Positions 23,801-35,800 of a stretch of 64,000 nt of DNA are shown in pieces. The stretch lies in NCBI GenBank assembly GCA_020137815.1, contig CM035357.1:3658001-3722000 (forward strand), read 5' to 3'. The notes below the pieces were generated by a model. The model made no database searches and was not told the origin of the DNA. It saw only the letters and a list, made by a program, of their open reading frames with translations. Each line of letters starts with the position of its first letter. Positions within the stretch are counted from its first letter, which is position 1. The position numbers and the translations under genes were made by a program. Source of the DNA: Hormiphora californensis. Taxonomy: Eukaryota > Animalia > Ctenophora.

Positions 23801-26800
23801 TTAGATGACCGAAAACCAATTTCATTGAATTTGTATTGTGCAAAGTCAATTCCGCTGCCTTATTCTCCCTCCTCCAATTTATAAAGTTTCGTGTTTGCTA
23901 AATTACATTAACTACTGGAGCAATTCCACTGATCACAAATTTAGGGATAACTACTCTCTTCGCCCCTCCCTTTCCCTCCCTTCGTGATAATGGGCACAGT
24001 ATGACTCACCTCTCGATGGCGTTGTTCAGATATCGCTCATGAACAGTGTGTAGCTCACTCACACTCCCGACCTCGTCAAGTTCACCACTCAATTCGTGCC
24101 AACTAATATTATGTAACTGGTGAGTAACGTAGATTTGGACAGCATGGAGGAACTGGGATACCTCGTATCTGCAAACTTGGAGGCGCCGTAGTTGGGGCGA
24201 GTTCCGATCTGATTTCTTGTCGACAGACCTGAAAGAAAAATGGTGTGTCCAAACTGCTGATCTGATTTTATATCTTTGTATTTTCAATAACACGGAAATA
24301 TTACTGGGATACATCATCTGACTCTCAACATATATAATGTTTAAAACTTTTAATTGAAGGTCTTTACAAACCCAGGTAGTCCTCGGAATTCGGAATTTCA
24401 AAAGTGAACTCACCCGATTAGAAACCATATTTTGTCAGCCACGAAACAGCCGTGTTTCAACTTCAACAGAAACCGAAATATCTAAAAACAAATCATAAGA
24501 TAGATGTGTTTTGTTTCGCTCATAAAATATTTATATGAATTTTAAAACGGATGTGACGAGAATACAATTACCTTGTTGTATTTCGCCAAAGCACCATCCG
24601 TGATCACTATGTTACAAGGCCATCCGATGTCATATCGCAACGAAACAATATCCAGCACGTCTTCACCATCTTAAAACAAGGAACGGGTGTTATAAAATGT
24701 GACACTTTGTGTGTACAGTTGGACCCCGATTTACTGGGATGCTGAAACAACGTTATTTATGCTCGGGGGAGTTTATCCTCACGGTAAACCAGGGTCTGAT
24801 TTTATCCAAACATGCAAGATACCAATCCGATATTAGATAAGATATCCTAAATTATTCTAATATTATGATTATGTCCACCCGACTTTATGTTTCGGCTCTA
24901 ATTAACAACTTGTGCTTTTCTCATAAGGGAGTCTTCGCGCGCGACGTTGGTGCGCGCCCAAAATTGTGACCGATCACCTGTGCCAGACGTTCTGAGTTCG
25001 AGGCGGGAAGACTGCCGCGATGATTCCATTGCCTCATGTAGAATAGAGCCAAGCATGGCCGGCGACAGGTCGACTGCACTATCCATCTGATGGGGAGAGA
25101 GTTTAGATTAAGAAGTTTATTAATAATATAAGGGAAGGATGAAGGATCCGAATCGTGTCCAAGCTAACATATAGTAGGGATGTAATAATTTAAACCGATC
25201 ACGGAGACAGTACGAACACGAAACCATTCGAAGATTACAGAGTGAGTGACATACCGCATTAAATAATCCCTTGCTGATTGAATCACCAAACATCCCATCA
25301 CTCATGCAATGAAATGAACGAAGGTCAGAGAAGTGGCTTCCAATTTCTAGCTCGTCGAGGAAATACCGGACAGCAGCGGTGTTCACTAGGTTACACTGCA
25401 ATAATAATGGTCGCACCACCATCCTATGCAGGGTTACACCCAATGTCCGGAGTTTCTCAACTTTTCCTGGAGGGAGAGAGAGGGTGAAGGAGAGAGATAT
25501 AAAAAGAAAAGATACACCCAGGCAGAGAGAAACCAAACAAAGTAAATGTAACCCCATACTCAACAAGCCTACATACCATCAAGTTTTTTTCGTTGTAGGT
25601 CACCTTGCAGACTATCTGTCATCCGTCCTGATTGGATGAATTTCTGTCCCCCAGAGAACTCCGGATATTCCAACTGTAGAGGTTCGATCTGGAAGTCCGA
25701 TTCAAAACCAGAATCGTCCACTAAGGATAGAGGTTAGTTTTAAATCACAGAAAGTTAGAAGCTCATAGTGAGAGACAACTCGATAAGTTTTCAAGTGTGA
25801 CAATCAAAAACAAAAGTCGATATCGAGAACAGAAATTGTCTAGTTCCACAGTTGTTCATAAAATGGGAGTGACCGTATGAGAGAGAATCTCAGAAACAAC
25901 CAAAAGGTAAAAGGTTGTTACCAGAGGGCAGAGTTTTTTAGACAAAACAATAGGTGAAACAGTTGTCATTTCTTACCCGGAATATGAGAAACGACACTCT
26001 TTTGCTCCTTATCCTCTTCAACCCTTTTCCCATACAATAACTCCTTCATCCTGCTTTCCTTTCCTTCAAACTGTTTGGTCCCTGGTCTATGTCCTATCTG
26101 ATCGTCCCCTCCCCCGTATAACAGCTCCTTCATTTGGCCTTGTGGCTCAAAACTGGAGTCCTTTTTTACTGCTACATCCCCCAGACCATACAAGATATCC
26201 TTCATTTGACCTTCGGGTTCAAAATTCCGATCTATAGGGTGAATTATCGCTGATTTTTCATCATCTTCCTTTCCTCCATAAAGGACATCTTTCATTTGGC
26301 CCTCTGGCTCAAAACTCCGGGCGTTATTTGTTGGCGTTACCGTATCTGGTGATTTGGAACTACCAACTTTAGAGTTTTCCGCTCCATACAGAATTCCTTT
26401 CATTTTTCCTGCCGGTTCATAGCTCCGATCTTCCCCTCCTGGTGTAGGGACAGCTTCACCGTATAGGATATCTTTCATTATCCCATCAGGCTCGTAACGT
26501 CTTTCTTTACCCGGCTCCTCTATTGTGAAGGATATCTCTGAATCAGTTTCATCCTCTGTTTTGGGCTCTAAAGATACACCCGTTGTTTCTGGTGTGTCAG
26601 CATTCTCTTCCAATTTCAGATCAGATATATCCAGGATAACTTCAGTGTCTGATGTACACTGTCCCTCCCCAGTTCCTTCGGGTCGTTCCCCAGTCCCTTC
26701 GGGTCGTTCCTCAGCCCCTTCTGGTCGCTCCTCAGTCCCAACTGGTCGCTCCTCAGTCCCTGCAGTTCCTTTCTGAGTCCCTTCAGGTCGCTCCCTAGTC

Positions 26801-29800
26801 CCTAATGGCTGCGCCTCAGTTCCTAATATCACTGCTCCACCTACATCAGATCTCTTCCCAGTTTCTCCCCTCAACAGTGTTAGCAGCCCCACCATCCGGT
26901 CTCTCCCCAGTTTCTCCATACACTCGAAGCTGTCTGTTTAACCGATTCTGGTCCCATAGCAAGTACGTCCGGCGGAGTTTGGAGAGACGGAGTCGCTGGA
27001 GACGCCACATACTGCGACGTTCCTCCCGGGCCTTTTCAGCTGTCAGGTTTGAATAGTATTCCTCCAGTTGAGTTCTAACTTGAGCTACCAACTGAAGGGA
27101 GGAGGGGTAGTCAAAAATTATAGGGGTTAACATTTGTTTTGTCCATGAAAATTTTATGTAAACCCCTATAATTTTTGAACGGGGGCCTTAATCAAAAATC
27201 GCTACATCAAATTTGAAGAACACGGTCTCTAGAACAACTATGCCAAACGGCAAGGTCTGAGTCCTAGCCGTTATTTCAGGAAGTGAGGCAGGATGTCCCA
27301 AAAAAGAGCAAAATTAGAGGCAAAAAGGGCATTTTCCGCATATTTTGTAAACCCCCAAAAAATCAAGAAGTAGTTGGAGTAACGACATAAAACTTTTCAG
27401 GAAGTTGTATCAAGACAAGACGAAGCCTTTGGTACAATGATGGATGTTCTAGACCCCACCAATCCTGATTTATAGGGGTTAACATCCATTATAGGCCAAA
27501 TGTTAACCCCCAAATTTTGGCCAAACGGTGCGCACAACATCGATGACGTCTGTTCTAATCGATCCGCCTTTCCCAGCGCTTTCATATAATGTATACCTCA
27601 AAAAACACCCCAAAAAACCCGTCGACCCCCCCCCCCCCCTCTGGCCTTAATTGACCTCCTTTGACCGCTAATAACGCCAAAACGGTAGGATATAGGCTCT
27701 AAATTGTTCCACAACTATTAAATTAAAATATTTTTCTGAACAAAATGGCGCCAGTCTCTAAACCATTCCTAAGTGGCTTATAGCCATATATCAAAAAAAC
27801 GGCTATGTGCAAGCCTAATTATCCAATTATGCATCTAATTAACCAGATGATATACAATGTATAAACTTATAATTCCGGCACCTACCTACTAGGGGGACAT
27901 TGGTGGTGGAAAACCTTTGTCATAGACGATTTTGTTGGGGTGTATAAATTTAAATTATTTGCCTACTTTTGCCTACTGTTTTGCCCACTTTTACCCAGCC
28001 AGATATGGAGCCTTATTAGCCCTGAGCACATATGATCACCGGTTGGAATCGATACTCGATAGTGGGGACCTCTAGGAGGACATTGGTGGTGGAAAACCTT
28101 TTTGCAAAGACTGGCTGATGGCATATTTTTTTATAAAATATTTTTTGCCCACTTTTGCCCACTTTTGCCTACTTTTGCCCACTTTTGCCCATGTGGGCAA
28201 ATTCAAAATTTAAGAATATTGTGGGCAGTGGGCAAAAATAAAGGTGACGTACCCCCCGTTGTACTGGAGTCGTTGTAAAATCGTTTAATTTCATGTTCGC
28301 TTGACAAATGATACAAGTAACAGAAGGGTCCCCATTTTAAGAGATTTACGTTCAGAAAGGCACCTATTCTGTCTGCTACACCCGACACCCTTGCTTGTTT
28401 CCTAGTAGCCGGGGAGGAATCAATCTCCCCTCTATGTCATAATCATTTAATTTAATTTCCCCACCGAGGTCGAATATGACATCTCCAAGGAACGGGAGTT
28501 ATGCTATTGAATTCCATCACGGTAAAGGAGGATTGGTCGAGCAGATGTTCTTCACTGGGTGGATTGCAATTGCCCTGATTTTAAATATCTCTACCAACAC
28601 TGTAGTAATTGGGGCGACACGACGTAAAGCCATTTATTGTAGCCACGTATCAATGTTCATTATGAGGAACCTAGCTATCAGCAATCTCCTAATTGGATTG
28701 TTCAACTTTGGACCTCTCATTATATTCGTCTGCAGCAGTAAGTTAGACTTGTTGACTTGTCAAGTTATTGGCTATCCTAAGATTCCTCTTGTCCTCCCCT
28801 CCTTTCTGCTTTCTATGTCACTGAATTTAGAGAAATTGCTGTCAATGAACAAACCCATAATGGCACGGAGACTCAGTTTATGGCCTGAGGGGTATCTCTA
28901 CGTCATAGGCTCCTGGATTTTGAGCATCGTGGTCTTCATTTTAGCCTTGTCCAAGCCTAACTATGAAACTTTCTACAACGCAACTACAGATATGTGTAGA
29001 CAGGAGTTTGAACCTTTGGAAACAAGGACAATGGTAAGGAATATAATATACATCATTGTTTTCCACTTCTGTCCACAAATTACCAACGCTATTATTTGTT
29101 ACATCCTAGCAAGGCGGGTATCAAATCTGGCCACCTTGAAATTCAAACAGCTACACCGGCGGGCAGTAAAAGCCCTTTACTGGATCGCCATAACAGACAT
29201 TGTCTTTACCCTCCCCCTCGTTGTCATGGTATTATTCGTCAACAGCCCTCAACGGAGCCTTCCACAACTATCTTTCTTGGCACACTATCGGTTTCGGAGG
29301 TTTGTTATTATCATCGTTTACACCAAGAGTTGTACTACAGGGATAATATTCTACGCTACACTCAAGAGTTTCCGGCTGTATGTGAATAGGATTGTGTGGA
29401 AGAAACTATGTGATTCGGTAAGGTGGAGGTTGATATGTATTAGAGTAAAGCTGAACCGCATGGCACGATGAAGTGCAGGGAGGGACAGTTATACTGCAAT
29501 ATTGACAGGCCAGGTGGCCGATACTGTGGGCTGTAAATGTGTCATTATATTTCATGTTCTTTTAATTTTATGATAAATAAATTTATGATAACTGTAATAA
29601 TTTAGAAAACTGTAAAGAAAATGAGTTATTATATGGTCATTTTTTTTTTAACTTGTGCAAAATTTTTTCCGAAAATGACATAAGTTCAGTTTTTTCGACT
29701 TTTATCATAGTTTTTGTCAAAAAATATTATTTTCCAACGAATATTATGTGTAAAAGTGTATAGGGAATAGATTTACAGGCAAAATAAATTAAAAACTCAT

Positions 29801-32800
29801 CTCGTGAGGTGCCGGTGACCATGTTTGCAAAAGCGTGTGCCATTCCGTCAAATTTTAATATTTTTTCCTAAAATTTTCGAAAATATGCTGAAAAATGTCC
29901 AATATAAACACCTTTAAAATATGTAAGCAAACTTACTCAATCTATGAGGTGCAACCGGTGTTTAAAGTTACACTGTATACTTACAGCTACTTTTAAGCCC
30001 GTAGCACCTCACGTTTCACGACTTTTCCTAGCTAGATACTTGCAGTAGACTCAAAACCATCATTTGTACCAAAAAAGTTCCAAAAATTTTGCTCAATGAG
30101 TGAGGTGCACCCAAAAAACTGTATTTTCTTCAAACGCTAATTGCACCTCACTCAGTGAGTATATAGTTCTAAAAGTGGCCTTAATTTGCTCATATGACAT
30201 CCCCAAACACTACCTAATCGATTCCAAGGTCATTGCTCAACCTGTGAGGTGCACTGGAGAAGTAGGTAAAATATGTCATTTTTTGAGGGTCTGCACCTCA
30301 CTCGCTGAGTAATTTTTAGGGCAAATTTTAGGTAAATCAGGAGGGAAATTGTCTAATCTTGCTTTATGCCAAGTTTCAATTCTTTATTTACTCATTTGAC
30401 CCCTAGTGAGTAAACTTTTAGCTCTAAAATCGGCTTGCACCTCACCAAATGAGTAAATTTTTCCATGGTTTTCACCTCATCTGATGAGTGAGAAATATCC
30501 CCACCATTTCTGAAAGTTTGGAGATTTTTGATCAAACGGTATTTCTACAAATCGGGTGCACCTCACGATAGCACCTCACGGCGTAGAAATGCTATAGCAC
30601 CTCACTGGAGTAAGCTAGAGACTTCGTTCTTTCACTAAATTGAACTTTTAATATTTCTCGATTTTTTGAGGTGCTGAGTAAATTTCCAGTGGCCACAGCT
30701 ATTTTGCTATGATCATTTGAAAAAATTTGGTAGTTGCACAAGTTAAAAAAAAAATGACCATATGCATATATTACATATATATTTTGTGCTAAATTGCGTG
30801 AAATATCGTGGAAGAATGTTTAAAAACAGTAAAAGTTCGAAAAATAATGGTAAATTACCATATAAAAATATAAAACTGTTTTTATTTTTTTGTATTTTTT
30901 TGTATTTTTTTGTACTTTTTTGTATTTTTTTGTATTTTTTTGTTTGAGGAAAACCCTGTTTTTTTTCGTACAAACATACAAAAAATAGGTTGGAACCCCC
31001 CCCAAAAGTGACCATCATTGAGAAAATAAAAAGATTTGAGATGAAAATTAATATTTGGATCTAGTTACCTCATATTGATACATTGTGGCCCGCTCAATTC
31101 TCTCCTTATCCTCTGCTTTCTCCGCCTCCAACAGTGCAGCCCTCTCCAGGGATCTCTCAACCATCTGCTCTTGGAGTCTAACTAACTCCCGTCTCTGAGC
31201 CTCGGCTACGGATGCTCGATCTGCACCAGCCTCCGCCAATAGGGCATCCATTCTGCAGGGGGTTAGAGAGGATCGGTTAGAGAGGGTCAAGCAATAGGTA
31301 AATCGTGATGAAAAACTCAGAAAAAGCGAGGGAGTCAAAAATAAACTACATGTACATACATCGGCATACATGTATTATATTGTAACGTCTGGGCCGAAAA
31401 ATTTCTTCTCTAGAATAGCAGGGTAAAGGATATACAGTCGGACCCCGATTTACCGGGCCCCGATTTACCGGAACCCCGATTTACCGGGAGGATTTCTTTC
31501 CCCCGATTTTTTTTGGAAAATTTTCGAAGTTTTTCCGGTTGGTAAACTTGCATTTGCAATTCGCTAGGTCTAATGGGGATCACGTATCGGTTCGTTTCAA
31601 ACCGTCTAATTAGCGGCAGGACACGTGATAAGATACACCGATTCAAAAAACGATTCGAACGTGGCTGGTATACCTTAGAAAAATTTCATATCTTTTTTTG
31701 CAAAATTTTACAGAATCATTGTCAATGCTTTGATCGATGCTCCCCGTAAATTTTCAGAAAAAAAGTTATTTTGAAACTTTGATACTTCCTCACCCCGCTT
31801 AGGGTGCCCAGATTCGGCATGGTATCACGTATCGGTTCGTTTCGAACCGTCTTACGTCTAATTAGCGGCAGGACATGCGATAAGATGCACCGATTCGAAA
31901 CACGATTCGGACTCGGTCGGGGTGGTTTACCTTAGAAAAAGTTTTTACATTTTTTTTTGAATTTTTTAAACTTTCTATTTCTAATGACAGAAGCAATGAT
32001 CATTATATTGTCATCAATAAATGTATACATACTATACAGTGAGAGGTGTCTTGGTATAGAATTTTGGACAAAAGTAGGATTTATGGGTAGGGTTTATGGG
32101 TCAAATATGTTCTACCCCGATATACCGGGCACCCCGATTTACCGGGCAAAATGGCTTCCCCCGAGGATCCCGGTAAATCGGGGTCCGACTGTACTAGAGA
32201 AATATGAGTGGAGGATTTCATAGGAATAAATCTCATTATATTATTACATGATATTTAAATCTAAAAGCAAATTTGTTGTGGTGAACCCAGTCTTTTAAAG
32301 CCGACCCTGGCCTGTCAAACCGTGCCACGCACTCACAATTTAAAACACCAAACCAAATACCATACCGAGGTAGGTATAGATGGAAATTATTGAATCACTG
32401 AACAAGAGTGTCCGCGATATTGCAATGATGCCTTGTCACGACTCGCCGGGAAAAGATCATTAATATTTAGAGAGTTTAGGTGCCACAACTAATACTTGAC
32501 ATCAAATTACGTTATTATATATCCCGCGAGTGCACATATCACTCCCGCTGTGCGCGACCATGTGCACGGTGAAATTTGCACTGTGCTTCCGCGGGAGCGT
32601 GCAGATATAGAGGTAGCGGGATATAAGTGAGAAATGTGTTTTTACACCTTATTCACACACAAACACACAGAATATGACTGACAAGGTACTACACGACACA
32701 CAGTCTGCCATTTTACACTCACTCTCCCTCTTTCTCTCATTAATTATCCCTTTACACGTTTTGTTGTTTGCTATTTCTAAGAATTCCAATCTCCCTCTCT

Positions 32801-35800
32801 CGCATCTCTCTCTTTATCTCTCTCTTCTTTTCACTGTTTCAAACTATCAGACCTTCTCTCCCTTGTGTGTAACCGGTGCAGAAGTGTATTTTTGACTAGT
32901 TTTGATTAGTTTGTACCTTGTTTTGTCACATCTCTCTGTGTGTAATCACCCAAAATTATGATTGTTTTGCTTGTCATGTGTTTTCTCGCGGAATATATAC
33001 TCAATAACGTCCTGCACGGCATGTGCAAGCGTTCCTATATCGCACTCGTTTCACTCGTGCAATATAGGTGTGAAATGCACGACAGCGTATATGGCGCGCT
33101 TGCACTGCGTGCAGAACGTTATATACTATATAATATGACTAATGACAACTTTTTGACATCTATTTAGCAAAATGGCAAATGACATCAATGGAACAAAACA
33201 AGGATATTTATAAATTACCTTCGTTTCGTGTCCTGGGACGATGCGATTATTTTTAACTTCCTTTCCTCTTCCTCTTCTTGTTTCTTCATCTTCCGCACTG
33301 CATCCGCCTCCCGTAACTCCCTGATATAGCGCATTGATATCATACATTGGATATCATTTGTGTGGGGGTGATAGGCGAGGTGTACTATTTAAAATCCCAG
33401 CGGTGCTCGGTTGAAAATAAATGTAAACGGAAAAATTTCAATCAATGCACAAAATTCCAACAGTATATTATGGCTAGATATAATTGACACCACTCACCAC
33501 TCGATTGAAGTCTTGTAGTTGTCCCATCTCTCAATTTGTTCGGATATCTCGGTATCCCCAAAGTGTAGTTGGATCCCAGGACAGGTGGTTGAGGATGTTA
33601 TAAGAGGGTGCTGGGGGAGGATGTTAGTAGTGGGTGCTGGGGGGAGGATGTTATTAGTGGGTGCTGGCGGGAGGATGTTATTAGTGGGTGCTGGAGGGAG
33701 GATGTTATTAGTGGGTGCTGGAGGGAGGATGTTATTAGTGGGTGCTGGAGGGAGGATGTTATTAGTGGGTGCTGGAGGGAGGATGTTATTAGTGGGTGCT
33801 GGGGGGAGGATGTTATTAGTGGGTGCTGGAGGGAGGATGTTATTAGTGGGTGCTGGGGGGAGGATGTTATTAGTGGGTGCTGGAGGGAGGATGTTATTAG
33901 TGGGTGCTGGGGGGATGGTGGGTTGGTTGTTTGTAGTATAATAATTACTCCAAACAACCAACAATTATTGTTGGTCCAGCCCTATGCAAGAGGGATACTA
34001 TACACACGCATACATATATGAAAGTACAGATTGTACCCCAAAACATAATGCATTAAATAATATAATTTGCAAATGCGTGGCGTGATGATGTCCTATCCAC
34101 ACGTGCAAATAGAGAGGGGTTGCCAAGGAGGTGCCATAGCCCAGCTACGCAGCGGGTGATTGAAAGCTGCACGTGCGGGTTGGTGCAGTGGGTGAGAGGG
34201 GTGCTCCTGGGTGAGGGGGTGGGGATTCGGGTCAACGGGTGCTCTACTTCAACGGGTTTTCTAGTGCATTAAATAATAGGTAGGCTTGCTAGGTTTAACT
34301 TTTATGTGTGTAAGTCGAGACTCGTGAGATATCATAATAATACCTGAGCAGTATGGCATTGTTTAAAAAGGTTGAGCAGTTTCCCTGTATTCAAAAGCTC
34401 CTCTCTCAGTTCCCCAAGAAACGCAGGTATAGCAACGTATTCCCTATCCGTGAAGGCATACTGAGAAAATGAGACACAATTAGAAAAGGAATAGATCAGG
34501 ATGCCAAGATTTGAACTTTGACAAGCATGATAGATCAAGATGCCATTAGAGAAATGTCCGAGGAATTTGTTAAATAGATACCTCCCAAAAAAGGAAGTCT
34601 TTATTCTGAATCCACTCAGGGTGAGGAATGACATGGAATTCATCCCAGTTATCCCACACCTTCCCCTCAACCAGCCACATCTCTAAAAACCTAGTAGAAA
34701 ACAGATTAACATAGATCGGAGGTCCTGAAATCTGGGGTAAAAACAAAACTTTAGAGTTCGAAACTACACACACCTTATGTATGGAGCCATAGCAGACCGG
34801 AAGAGCGCCAGGATGAGATTATAGTCGGGTGAAAAGGCCAACACACTGGCCGTTTCGTAGAGATATTCGAGTAAAGCCGGTCCAAGGGGAATTCCCTAAA
34901 AATCAAATTCTTAGATTTCAGTGGAAACAGATTTCCCAAAAGTGGTGTATAATTTCCGAAAACCGAGGGAAAGCCAGAGTCCGGAGGGGGTCCCTAAACA
35001 ATAAATTACCTCTTCCAGTAGAACTAGATTACAAAGAAACTCAAGGTGCGGGCTTTTTTGGCGGATTTTCCACAAGAATTCCAATAGACCATCGACAGAT
35101 TGGAAACACTGAAAATCCATTATTATGTGAGATATCAATGGTCTACTAAAACATGCTAGGTACATAAAAAATAATGATTATATCATGTATTTCTAGTAAA
35201 TTATAATGACTTAGATATCATTTAATTCTAGTTAATTATATTTCTTACATTGTTTAAAAAGTTTTGGTATCCCGTTAGAAACTGTTCTATCGCAGTAACA
35301 AGTCCCTTGGCAACAGTCCCATATCTTTCCACACAGCTGTACTGCTCACAGAACAACTTTAACCGAAGGTATAGGGTACCTGCGGGGTTGCAGTTTTGTG
35401 GAACACTGTTTGAAAGAAGTTGTTATCTCGCAAGACACAATGTAAGTTGTTTTGTTCAAACCCGCGAAAGCCGAAAAGTTGGTCGAGCTAGGCAAACTGT
35501 AAGACAGTCTTGAACAACTGACAAAATCATATTCAGACTTTCAGCCCCCCACTTCCCGATATACCTGTGTAAGCGATAGTGTAGAGTGAATCAACAAGTG
35601 AGTCTGGAGAGACTCCAACAAAGCTGATATTCTGTATCGGGACAAACTCTACCGCAGCCTAGGGGAGGGTAAAATGTGGTGAGAGATAGTGGAGCTGAGC
35701 CCTGGGGGATGGTAAAATGTGGTGAAAGACCGCGTCATATTGCCATGACAACCCCTTACTAACCGCGTCATATTGGAAGATGGTGGTTGGTACGCCAATA

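Noticed and set aside
29318-29356. TM7 lysine suggesting an opsin
   Set aside because: YTKSCTTGIIF aligns the K with N7.45 of the NSxxNPxxY pattern, not with the retinal-binding K7.43.
33494-34021. Repeat-protein ORFs (also 46537-47510 and 2882-3283)
   Set aside because: These are translations of mini- and microsatellites open in several frames; only the ~2980-2886 part of the last one is a real exon.
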